A program made the translations under genes and the position numbers. A stretch of 64,000 bases of DNA from a virus (taxonomy: Duplodnaviria; Caudoviricetes). Below the pieces are notes generated by a model. It did not search any database. It was not told where the DNA came from and saw nothing but the letters and a program-made list of their open reading frames with translations. Positions 55,816 through 64,000 of the stretch are shown one piece after another. Position 1 is the stretch's first letter; each line of letters begins with the position of its first letter. The stretch lies in IMG/VR virus record IMGVR_UViG_3300030098_006079; one strand, 5' to 3'.

Positions 55816-57243
55816 ATGAGCAATTATACTGAACAAGAACTTCGACTTTTAAAAGATAAAGTCGCTACGTTATTTAATTCCAATGATAACTGGAAGGGTA
55901 TAGGCATACAGCGTAAGGAAAAAAATGGTCAATTAACAGAAGATCTAGCTATCACATTAACAGTAGATGAAAAATTACCTGAAGAAGAAATAGATAGTAA
56001 TGATTTATTCCCACAGAGTATTACTATACCTGGATTAAGTGAACCAGTTAAAACAGATGTACAAGTAGGGCCTACTGAGGTAGTAATTGAGCCTGTTTGT
56101 TACACATTACCTACACCTGGGTTAGATTTTTTAGCAACAATGCCTGTAAGTGGTAATAGAGCATCTCATAGACCGATGATGGGTGGCATTAGTTGTAGTA
56201 TTATGCCTCCTGGAGGTTATGGTGATTCGGCTAAAAATACTGGTACACTCGGTGGTTTCTGTATTGATTTAGATGATAATACTGTAGTAGGGGTTAGTAA
56301 TAATCACGTAATGGGTGGTAATCAATTACGTGGAGATGTGCTTCCTACAAGCGCATATGAATCAGAGTTTGGATTAACTTATTGGTCTTTTTTGTCTGCT
56401 AACGACACTACTGTGTCAGAAAATGAAACAAGATATCCTGTATATCAAAGAAGTAATTGGGATAATTTTAACACTTACAAATATAATTTAGATAATTTAA
56501 AAGTAGGTACAGTGAAACGAGCTTATCCTTTTACAAGTACAAATAATAAAATTGATGTTGCGATATTTGCGATAGACACAACGGTGCCGAATTTATTTAA
56601 TAAGAATGAAACTTGGAAGCAATACTTACTTAATAGACAGGATGTAGATATGGCAGACCCTGTACAGGGTGTTTCTGCTATGTCGTTTGCTACTACTGCT
56701 GAAATAGATAGTTTAATGACGACAAACTTCGAGACACCATGTTTTAAATCAGGAAGAACATATGGGCCTTTAGGATATCCAGGTAATGTACCTTACACAT
56801 GCAATGATAGTAATACAGGTACTTTAAGTGCTTATTCAGTTACGTATTCAACAAACGTAAACTTTGGTGATAATATAGGTTCTCTTGGTTTTATTGAACA
56901 AATACGTCTGAAGGGTAATCATGATGCATCTGCTGGAGGAGATTCTGGTAGTTTTTGGTGTGCTTTGTTTAATCAAGGTAACCCTTCTTTATCTGCATGG
57001 AAAATTATCGGTCTTCATTTCGCTGGAAGTGGTGACACTGCAGTCGCTAATAGAATAGACAACGTAGCAGAGATGTTTAATTTATCCGCATATAGAGGAG
57101 AAGATTTAGATATAGGTTATAGAAATACTAATATAAAAGTTGTTGATAGCCGTCAAACAGCAATTACTGCAAGAATAGGTGGTAGAATGTATTGGCAAGC
57201 TGGATCTACGAACGAACCTGCAAATGCACAGTTTGATACATAA
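55816..57243 (+). CDS. S1/trypsin-like serine protease with N-terminal pro-region
   Basis: GTLGG, GVSNNHV (His), IDVAIF (Asp), KSGRT, AGGDSGS (Ser), IGLHFAG; TATAAATA at 55768-55775. Confidence 0.8.
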   Translation: MSNYTEQELRLLKDKVATLFNSNDNWKGIGIQRKEKNGQLTEDLAITLTVDEKLPEEEIDSNDLFPQSITIPGLSEPVKTDVQVGPTEVVIEPVCYTLPTPGLDFLATMPVSGNRASHRPMMGGISCSIMPPGGYGDSAKNTGTLGGFCIDLDDNTVVGVSNNHVMGGNQLRGDVLPTSAYESEFGLTYWSFLSANDTTVSENETRYPVYQRSNWDNFNTYKYNLDNLKVGTVKRAYPFTSTNNKIDVAIFAIDTTVPNLFNKNETWKQYLLNRQDVDMADPVQGVSAMSFATTAEIDSLMTTNFETPCFKSGRTYGPLGYPGNVPYTCNDSNTGTLSAYSVTYSTNVNFGDNIGSLGFIEQIRLKGNHDASAGGDSGSFWCALFNQGNPSLSAWKIIGLHFAGSGDTAVANRIDNVAEMFNLSAYRGEDLDIGYRNTNIKVVDSRQTAITARIGGRMYWQAGSTNEPANAQFDT

Positions 57244-57253
57244 CTATAATGAA

Positions 57254-57259
57254 TAAATA
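57254..57259 (+). promoter_or_regulatory. Putative late promoter
   Basis: TAAATA-N8-ATG upstream of the portal gene. Confidence 0.55.
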
Positions 57260-57267
57260 ATATTACA

Positions 57268-59058
57268 ATGGCAGACGACGGAAAACAAGGAACATTTGGT
57301 AGAGGTTTACAGAAGTTTATCTCTAATAACCTCCCATACAGATCACCAGCAGCTATTATAGATGATGTAGCGCAACAGAACCCTAAGTTCAAAGAATTTT
57401 ATAAAGCAGGTACTGTACGAAAAGAATTACTTGCTAGTCATTCAGTTATTGCTCCTAAGCTTCCTGAATCAGCTCATCCTGTTGGATCGTTTTTAGCTGA
57501 TAAAGCATATAATGAACTAATGTACGCAACTCTCGACGTTGATAAGTATCGTCGATTAAGAGATTATAGAGTAATGGCTCAATTTGCAGAGGTTGCTGAT
57601 GCATTAGATGAAATATGTGATGAGTTTTTAAACGAAGACGATCACGGTCAAATGATTTCTCTTAAAATTCGAGATGAAAAAGAATTCGACCCGCTAGTTT
57701 CAAAAAGTATAAATAAAGAATTTAACAAATTTATTAATTTGTTTGACTTTAAAGAAAAGGCATGGGAGTATGTTAGGTCATTATTAGTTGATGGTGAATT
57801 ATATTTTGAAAATGTAATTCACGAGAAGCATGTCAAAGAAGGTATTTTAGGAGTTATTAACGTACCGACTCAAGCAATTGACCCTGTGTATGATAATTAT
57901 CAAAACATGCACGTTAAAGCTTTCTTATTACGTAAAGCTAAACACCATAAAGAAGAAGACGAACAGTTTACTTCAATGCAAGATAAAGATTTTATTCCTA
58001 TGGAAAAAAATCAGATTACATATATTAACTCTGGTACATGGAATGAAAATAAAACTTTTAGAATACCATTTATTGAGAACGCAAGAAGAGCTTACAGACA
58101 GTTATCCTTAATTGAAGATTCTATTATTATATATCGGTTAGTAAGAGCGCCAGAAAGATTAATCTTTAATGTTGATGTAGGTAACATGAGCCCACCTAAA
58201 GCAGAAGCTTATTTAAGAAAGCTTATGCAAAACTATTGGAGTAAAAAGGCGTTCAGCTTAGATGAGGATAAGAGAGTAAATTCCTTTAACCCACAATCTA
58301 TACTTGACGCATATTGGTTTCCAAAAAGAGAGGGAAGTACAGGTACGGAGGTAAATACATTACCTGGGGGTCAGAATTTAGGAGAGTTACAAGACTTGGT
58401 ATATTTTGTCAAAAAATTATATAAAGCTCTTAAGGTACCTACTAACAGAGTCGATACAGAGAATTCACAATATAGTGCTGATGCAAACGTCTTGAGAGAA
58501 GAGTTAAAGTTTGCTAACTTTATTGTTAGATTACAGTCTCAATTCGCATTAGGTATTAAAGATGCTTTTGTCACCCATTTAAAATTACGTGACGTATGGA
58601 AGCAATACGACATGCGTGAGAATTCATTTGACTTACAATTTACCCCACCCCGTAATTATTTTGAATTACGGAGACAACAAATTCTCGATCTTAAATTGAA
58701 TAACTTTACAAATGTAGCTGCTAACGAATCTATTTCTCAAGGTTATAGTCAAAAAGAATATCTTGGTTGGACAGATGAGCAGATAAAAGCTAATAGAGAG
58801 TGGTTACGTAAGGATGCTGCTTTACAGCATGAATTAGAACAAATCCGTGGTGGTGGTGCTGATTGGGCTGCTGGAGGAGGCGCTGCTCCGCCTCCTATGG
58901 GTGGCGCTGCTGCACCAGCTGGTGGTGATGATACACCTCCTGATTTAGGTCCGGGCACGCCTCCTGACACTGGAGATGCAGGAGATGCAGGAGGAGATGC
59001 TGCAGCTCCTACACCAACCCCTACCCCAGGGGGTGAAACTTCAGCGTTGCCAACATAA
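57268..59058 (+). CDS. gp20: Portal protein
   Basis: VDGELYF, EDSIIIYRLVRAPERLIFNVDVGNM...KAE.YL, DAYWFPKREG..GTEV.TLPGG, R.ELKF. Confidence 0.95.
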   Translation: MADDGKQGTFGRGLQKFISNNLPYRSPAAIIDDVAQQNPKFKEFYKAGTVRKELLASHSVIAPKLPESAHPVGSFLADKAYNELMYATLDVDKYRRLRDYRVMAQFAEVADALDEICDEFLNEDDHGQMISLKIRDEKEFDPLVSKSINKEFNKFINLFDFKEKAWEYVRSLLVDGELYFENVIHEKHVKEGILGVINVPTQAIDPVYDNYQNMHVKAFLLRKAKHHKEEDEQFTSMQDKDFIPMEKNQITYINSGTWNENKTFRIPFIENARRAYRQLSLIEDSIIIYRLVRAPERLIFNVDVGNMSPPKAEAYLRKLMQNYWSKKAFSLDEDKRVNSFNPQSILDAYWFPKREGSTGTEVNTLPGGQNLGELQDLVYFVKKLYKALKVPTNRVDTENSQYSADANVLREELKFANFIVRLQSQFALGIKDAFVTHLKLRDVWKQYDMRENSFDLQFTPPRNYFELRRQQILDLKLNNFTNVAANESISQGYSQKEYLGWTDEQIKANREWLRKDAALQHELEQIRGGGADWAAGGGAAPPPMGGAAAPAGGDDTPPDLGPGTPPDTGDAGDAGGDAAAPTPTPTPGGETSALPT

Positions 59059-59061
59059 ATA
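59056..59061 (+). promoter_or_regulatory. Putative late promoter
   Basis: TAAATA-N5-GTG upstream of gp13. Confidence 0.5.
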
Positions 59062-59066
59062 ATTAT

Positions 59067-60416
59067 GTGGCAACGGATACATGGTCAGACAATTACTTAA
59101 GCGCTGGTAGTCATTTATATTCTACCTATCTTGCTAATGCTGTTAATGGTTATGAAAGATTAGCAGACAGAATTACATACGCGCTTGGATATCCAATAGT
59201 TAATCTTGAGTTACATGGTAACCAAATATTTACTAATATAGCTCTCTCATTAGAAATGTTTAGTAAGTATGCTGGGTATACTGAAGAGCATTTAGTATTT
59301 GATAGTGATAAGTACACCCGTGGTAAAGGCTTAGATATAGCTGAGCTTTTAACTCTCACACCAGAGCTTACCGCTACATATGAATCTACTATAGAAGTAA
59401 CTACAACTACTTCAACAAACGTAGCAACAACAACTGCAAAGAATTTTGACGCAAATAGTGAAGGTACATTTATATCATTGTTCGAGTTTAATGTTGGTAA
59501 TACCGCTGTTGATCCATCAGAATATACATTTACAATTACATTAAACGATTCTAATGTACAAGTTTCTAAAGCATTAGTTGTTGCAGTATCAGGAGATACT
59601 GATAGTGAATCAGCTGATGTTAGTTTAACTCAATATGGTGATGTGTTTACTACATCTACTGAAATTTTTGATGTAAGTGCGATTCCAGGAACTACTAGCG
59701 AACAAGTAGGTGGTAGTTTCACAAACAATGTATCAGTAGGTGTTATACTTGGTAGTGAGATGACTAAAGCAGGATCAGTTAACGCTAACCGTAATGCTGT
59801 TTCTACAGACGCAACTACAACTGAGACATTAACAAGCCAAAGGCCTATTATTGGTAATTTCGATGACCTTACAAAACAAAAACGTAAAGTAATAGATGTA
59901 TATAGTCATGAAGAGGCTGCAAGTAGTAGTTTAAATACATTATTCACTATCGAACAAACTTTAGCGCAACAAACTTATTTTAGTTATGCAATGGGTAATT
60001 ATGGTTTTGACTTAATAAGCTGGTATGTATTAAAGCAATGGTTAGAGACAAGAGAAAAAATGCTTTCTACAAAGCGTTACTTTAAGTTTGATGAGCGTAC
60101 TCAACATTTATTGCTGTTACCAGAACCAAAAGAAAAAGAACGCTTTTACGGTGTTGTGAGTTGTTATGTAGAAAAACCGATTCGTTTTCTCATCAAAGAA
60201 CCTTGGGTGTATCAATATGCTTTAGCCTTAACAAAAATAACTCTTGGTCGAGTTCGTGGTAAGTTTGGTAACGCTCAGCTATTTGGTGGTACAAGCTTAG
60301 ATACGTCGATATTACAAGAAGGTTTGCAAGAGAAGAAAGAGTTAGAAACAATGCTAACTTCTGGTGCTGCCCCTGGTTTTGGTGATGCCGCTCCTCCAAT
60401 GTTTTTTGTAGGTTAA
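59067..60416 (+). CDS. gp13: Neck protein with large internal insertion
   Basis: N-term RITYALGYPIVNLEL; C-term WVYQYALAL.K...G...GKF...L.GG, PPMFFVG; central Thr/Ser-rich segment. Confidence 0.8.
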   Translation: MATDTWSDNYLSAGSHLYSTYLANAVNGYERLADRITYALGYPIVNLELHGNQIFTNIALSLEMFSKYAGYTEEHLVFDSDKYTRGKGLDIAELLTLTPELTATYESTIEVTTTTSTNVATTTAKNFDANSEGTFISLFEFNVGNTAVDPSEYTFTITLNDSNVQVSKALVVAVSGDTDSESADVSLTQYGDVFTTSTEIFDVSAIPGTTSEQVGGSFTNNVSVGVILGSEMTKAGSVNANRNAVSTDATTTETLTSQRPIIGNFDDLTKQKRKVIDVYSHEEAASSSLNTLFTIEQTLAQQTYFSYAMGNYGFDLISWYVLKQWLETREKMLSTKRYFKFDERTQHLLLLPEPKEKERFYGVVSCYVEKPIRFLIKEPWVYQYALALTKITLGRVRGKFGNAQLFGGTSLDTSILQEGLQEKKELETMLTSGAAPGFGDAAPPMFFVG

Positions 60417-60886
60417 TGAGCATACACAAAAAAGGTGATTTTAAAAAGGGTGTATACAGACCTATTTACCGACAAAAATTTAAAGGTAAAAAATATCCTG
60501 TCTATCGTAGTTCGTGGGAACTACATTTTTTTCGCTGGTGCGACTATAATAATAATGTTTTAGAGTGGACTAGTGAAGGTATAGTTGTCCCATATATTAG
60601 CCCTCTTGATACTAAGACACATAGATACTTCGTTGATAATAGTTTAGTGTTAAATCAGCGAGGTAAGAATGTAAAATACTTAGTAGAAATTAAACCTTTT
60701 ACTCAAACTCAAAAGCCAGTTATGAGAGGTCGTAAGAAACAAAGTACGTTTTTACATGAGCAAGCTACGTATGATGTTAATCAAGCGAAATGGAGAGCCG
60801 CTAAGCAATGGGCGGATGATCATGGGTACAAGTTCCTTATATTAACTGAAAAGGAATTATTTAGCGGAAAAAGCGCAAAGAGATAA
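60416..60886 (+). CDS. gp4: Head completion nuclease (TnsA-like)
   Basis: YRSSWE, W.SE, YISPLD...HRYF.D, VEIKP, NQAKW.AA, F.ILTE. Confidence 0.9.
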   Translation: MSIHKKGDFKKGVYRPIYRQKFKGKKYPVYRSSWELHFFRWCDYNNNVLEWTSEGIVVPYISPLDTKTHRYFVDNSLVLNQRGKNVKYLVEIKPFTQTQKPVMRGRKKQSTFLHEQATYDVNQAKWRAAKQWADDHGYKFLILTEKELFSGKSAKR

Positions 60887-60892
60887 TAAATA
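60887..60892 (+). promoter_or_regulatory. Putative late promoter
   Basis: TAAATA-N13-ATG upstream of gp21. Confidence 0.45.
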
Positions 60893-60905
60893 TTTTATAA
60901 GGCAT

Positions 60906-61562
60906 ATGTCATTTAAACTTTTAATCGAAAAAACTGACCCTCAAGAGTTTGAATATATTCTCGAAGAGAAGAATACTAAAGAAGCTCCACGGTTGTATAT
61001 CAAAGGACCGTATATGATGGCAGATGGTGTTAACAAAAACAATCGCGTATATGATCTTGATAATATGATTGAAGAGGTAGCGCGGTATGAAAAAGAAATG
61101 ATTAATGCAGATCGCGCCATGGGAGAGTTAAATCACCCTACTACTGCTGAAGTAGATTTAGAAAGAGCTTGTCATATTGTAACTGAAATGACTCAAGATG
61201 GTAGTACGTTTATTGGTAAAAGCAAAGTTTTACAAACACCATGTGGTGAGATTGTTCGAAAGCTTGTTACTGATGGTGTAAGAGTAGGTATGTCCTCAAG
61301 AGCATTAGGCAAGATTGATCAACAAGGAGAGGTTGGTAAAGTTAGTGAGATGAAACTTGTTGCTATTGATTGTGTTGCTGACCCATCCTATTCAGATGCA
61401 TTTGTAAATGGTATTTTAGAATCTAAACAATGGATTCTAAATAAAGACGGTTCGTTTGAAGAGCATTATGACAGGTTCGAAGAGAGTTTAAACAAACTAC
61501 CGCGCAATGATGTTAATGATTATCTAACAGAAAAAATCATTGCTTTCATTAGAAATATTTAA
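60906..61562 (+). CDS. gp21: Prohead protease
   Basis: NKNNRVY, AMGELNHP, TPCG, GMSSRALG, DCVADPS...AFV.GI.E. Confidence 0.92.
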   Translation: MSFKLLIEKTDPQEFEYILEEKNTKEAPRLYIKGPYMMADGVNKNNRVYDLDNMIEEVARYEKEMINADRAMGELNHPTTAEVDLERACHIVTEMTQDGSTFIGKSKVLQTPCGEIVRKLVTDGVRVGMSSRALGKIDQQGEVGKVSEMKLVAIDCVADPSYSDAFVNGILESKQWILNKDGSFEEHYDRFEESLNKLPRNDVNDYLTEKIIAFIRNI

Positions 61563-61581
61563 AAAAGACGTTAGGATAAGA

Positions 61582-61587
61582 TAAATA
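61582..61587 (+). promoter_or_regulatory. Putative late promoter
   Basis: TAAATA-ATT-ATG-ATG. Confidence 0.55.
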
Positions 61588-61590
61588 ATT

Positions 61591-61737
61591 ATGATGGATC
61601 AAAAACAACAGATCAGATCTTTTATCGCTAATATTATCGATAAAAATTATGCTAGTGCGCATAAGAATTTAAAAAGCGTCACAGACGCTAAAATAAAAGA
61701 AAGAATCACTAACGCAAAGAAAAAGGATTTATTTTAA
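61591..61737 (+). CDS. Small prohead core-like protein (48 aa; absent from the ORF track)
   Basis: MMDQKQQIRSFIANIIDKNYASAHKNLKSVTDAKIKERI...; lies between gp21 and gp22 and resembles gp67/gp68-type helical core proteins. Confidence 0.6.
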   Translation: MMDQKQQIRSFIANIIDKNYASAHKNLKSVTDAKIKERITNAKKKDLF

Positions 61738-61739
61738 TC

Positions 61740-62621
61740 ATGAGCAAGATAACTGATTTATTAAAAGAAGTAGGGAAAGACGTTCTCACAGAGGAAAGTC
61801 TTGAAACTATCGAGACAGTTTTTAACGAAGCTGTAGAGAAAAAAGCAACTGAGCGCGCTGAGCTCGCCACTGAAGCTGCATTGCAGGTTCAGGACGATGA
61901 GCATTCTAAGAAGCTAGAAGAGCTGCTTGAAGCAATCGACAAAGATCACGCGAAGAAACTCGAAAAAGTTGTTGAAGCAGTTGATACAGACCGTACACGT
62001 AAACTTAAGAATGTTATTCGTAAGTATCAGACTGCGATTGCTGAAGAAGCAAGTGGCTTAAAAGAAACCATGGTTGAATCTGTATCTGATTATCTTGACT
62101 CATATATTACAGACACCCTACCTACAGAGACCATCGAAGAAGCTACTAAAAATCGTCGTGCGTTTGACGTTCTTTCAGAAATTCGCAAAATGTTATCAGT
62201 TGATATGGTACTTGCTAATGAATCCATCCGCGAAGCTGTAAAAGACGGTAAAGCTACAATTGAAGAATCTAAGAAGAGTCTTGCTGAAATGACTGAATAT
62301 AATTCTGATCTTAAGATTCAATTAGAGGGTGCACAGAAAGAGTTATTTTTAGAAAAGAAACTCGCTGGCTTTGACGAAAAGAAAGCAAAATTTGTTCGTA
62401 AAACATTTGCTGATAAAGAATTAGCTTTCATCGAAGAAAATTTTGATTACACAGTAACAATGTTCGATAAGAAGACTGAAGAAGCTCTTCAAGTTCTTAA
62501 AGAAGAGGCTACTAAAGAGTGTAAAGCACAGGAAGCAGAAGTAGTTGTAGAAGAGAGCTCATCTACTCCTAAGTCAGCGACCGAACTTTACGCTGCTGAG
62601 TTAGCTGCAATGAGACTGTAA
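61740..62621 (+). CDS. gp22: Prohead core scaffolding protein
   Basis: Highly charged coiled coil, IETVFNEAV, V..YLD; directly before the major capsid gene. Confidence 0.8.
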   Translation: MSKITDLLKEVGKDVLTEESLETIETVFNEAVEKKATERAELATEAALQVQDDEHSKKLEELLEAIDKDHAKKLEKVVEAVDTDRTRKLKNVIRKYQTAIAEEASGLKETMVESVSDYLDSYITDTLPTETIEEATKNRRAFDVLSEIRKMLSVDMVLANESIREAVKDGKATIEESKKSLAEMTEYNSDLKIQLEGAQKELFLEKKLAGFDEKKAKFVRKTFADKELAFIEENFDYTVTMFDKKTEEALQVLKEEATKECKAQEAEVVVEESSSTPKSATELYAAELAAMRL

Positions 62622-62705
62622 AGTAATCTATAACTGTTGAGGTATATTACTACCTGATTCTCCAATACAATGGAAAAAACAAAACTAAAATAAAGGATAA
62701 AAATT

Positions 62706-64000
62706 ATGAACGAAACTAAAACTCGTCCAAATACTGATTATATTGACAATAATCGCGCGCAGTCCTTGTTGGAGAAGTGGAGTCCAGTTCTGGACTATAC
62801 CTCCGACAAAGTTTCTGCAATTGATGACGCTTCTACGCGTCTGAACACCGCCATTCTCCTTGAGAACCAAGAAGAATGGTGTATTAAGGAAGCCAACAAT
62901 GGAAACGTTGCTGGTACTAACAGTGGAGCCTTTGGTTCTACGTTACACGCAGGCGCACAAAGTGACGCCTACCAAACTGATGATAGCTACGCTAAAGGTG
63001 ATGCTCGTTTACCGAAGATTCTTATTCCGATGATTCGCCGTACATTCCCTGAGTTGATCACTAACGAAATCGTTGGTGTTCAGCCAATGAGTGGACCGGT
63101 TGGTCTCGCATTTGCTCTTCGCTACAAGTATGCTACAACATCTCTTGATGGTACAGAAGTTGGCGGTCAGGCTGTTGGTTCTGGTGTAGCTGGTAACCCT
63201 GGAACACTTGCTACTGCAAAAGGTGGTCAAGGTACTAACGAGCTTGGTCATAACCATCTCGCTACTGGCTTCACAGGTACAGTTAATACTAGTTTATCAA
63301 CTGACTTAACCGTCGCAGGTCTTGCTGATGATGATGGGGTTGGAGATGATCACTGGTTAGAAGGTGGATTATCTGCTAATGATGCTGGTTTCGCTGCTGC
63401 GTTATCTGCATTTGAAATGGATAAAACAGCTGATAACATGCCAACTGTCGAGCTTAGCTTCGAAAAGACAGCTGTTGAAGCTGGTACTCGTAGGTTAGGT
63501 GCTCGTTGGTCGGTTGAGTTAGAGCAGGATCTTAAGAACATGAATGGTATTGATGTTGACGCTGAGTTGACCAATGCTATGTCTTATGAGATTCAAGCTG
63601 AAATCGATCGTGAGATGATCATTCGCATGGTTCAATCCGCTGTTAAAGCTGGTTCTGGTACAGGTTTCTCTACATACAGAGTTTCTGGTGCTGATGCTCG
63701 CTGGATGGCAGAAAGAAATCGCGACTTCTATCAGAAGTTGATCGTTGAAGCCAATAGAATGGCTGTTCGCAACCGCCGTGGTGCTGCTAACTTTATTGTT
63801 GCTACACCTCGTATTTGCGCTATTCTTGAGATGCTTCCTGAGTTCTCTTGGATGACTGTTGACGGTAACGTCAATACTCAACCAGTTGGTGTTGCTAAGG
63901 TTGGTAACGTTGGTGGTCGTTTTAACGTCTATCGCGATACACGTACTGAAGCTCAGTACAACCTCGGTGCAACAGCAGAGAACAATAAGGTTGAGTATGC
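62706..64000 (+). CDS. gp23: Major capsid protein, 3' end cut by the window end (absent from the ORF track)
   Basis: Manual translation: LLEKWSPVL, AILLENQ, LIPMIRR, VGVQPMSGPVGLAFALR, EKTAVEA.TR.L.A.WSVELEQDL, EIQAEIDRE, RRGAANF. Confidence 0.97.
   Translation, partial: MNETKTRPNTDYIDNNRAQSLLEKWSPVLDYTSDKVSAIDDASTRLNTAILLENQEEWCIKEANNGNVAGTNSGAFGSTLHAGAQSDAYQTDDSYAKGDARLPKILIPMIRRTFPELITNEIVGVQPMSGPVGLAFALRYKYATTSLDGTEVGGQAVGSGVAGNPGTLATAKGGQGTNELGHNHLATGFTGTVNTSLSTDLTVAGLADDDGVGDDHWLEGGLSANDAGFAAALSAFEMDKTADNMPTVELSFEKTAVEAGTRRLGARWSVELEQDLKNMNGIDVDAELTNAMSYEIQAEIDREMIIRMVQSAVKAGSGTGFSTYRVSGADARWMAERNRDFYQKLIVEANRMAVRNRRGAANFIVATPRICAILEMLPEFSWMTVDGNVNTQPVGVAKVGNVGGRFNVYRDTRTEAQYNLGATAENNKVEY

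Noticed and set aside
20769-63881. Other short opposite-strand or nested ORFs in the track (e.g. 20769, 21527, 23801, 25872, 26756, 27847, 29163, 29228, 38491, 44320, 45696, 47371, 49724, 51269, 51635, 54192, 55368, 57153, 57878, 58749, 59150, 60193, 62685, 63009, 63350, 63519)
   Set aside because: All overlap stronger genes; those beyond 62685 are antisense to gp23, which the track missed because it has no stop in the window.
1-64000. tRNA, rRNA, CRISPR arrays, IS elements, group I introns, inteins
   Set aside because: Intergenic gaps I checked are all under about 90 nt, no repeat-spacer pattern was seen, and core genes (gp43, gp41, uvsW, uvsX, gp46) have normal lengths. A tRNAscan/Infernal run would be needed for certainty.
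1-64000. Stop-codon reassignment (alternative genetic code)
   Set aside because: Standard-code ORFs tile the window densely, and TAA, TAG and TGA all end genes at expected lengths.
1-64000. Assignment as a cyanophage or pelagiphage
   Set aside because: No photosynthesis or other host-diagnostic genes in the window, and the gene order differs; phoH and glycan islands are not host-specific.

Overview
AT-rich 64 kb segment of a large T4-like (myovirus-type Caudoviricetes) phage genome, almost fully coding, with both ends cutting genes. (1) 1-17 kb, minus strand: replication/recombination operon (uvsY, uvsW, gp55, gp47, gp46, a GT-B glycosyltransferase, gp43, uvsX, queC, class II glutamine amidotransferase, a GT-A protein, gp41, a DHH nuclease, a possible gp59, gp32). 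(2) 17-24 kb: late-promoter genes (ART-like protein, Hjc-like resolvase, HxGH nucleotidyltransferase), folE/queD/queE, an RfaE-type adenylyltransferase, a P-loop kinase and phoH. (3) 24-50 kb: an island of about 30 glycan-related genes (many glycosyltransferases, nucleotide-sugar enzymes, carbamoyl-/methyltransferases, kinase, 2OG oxygenase, radical SAM). (4) 50-54.6 kb: DUF366, pyrophosphatase, gp62-like, GroES-like, WYL-like, DinG-like helicase. (5) 54.6-64 kb: rearranged morphogenesis block (gp15, Ig-like protein, S1 serine protease, gp20, gp13, gp4, gp21, small core protein, gp22, gp23 cut by the window end). The strongest lead is a dispersed 7-deazaguanine system: folE/queD/queE, a divergent QueC-GAT-glycosyltransferase triad and a DUF366 ligase-fold gene. 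No dpdA/tgt is recognisable in the window. folE, queD and DUF366 share near-identical TTGA-N16-TATAAT promoters that appear leaderless. All assignments are from motif recognition by eye; no searches were run. No tRNA, rRNA, CRISPR array, intron, intein or IS element was seen.
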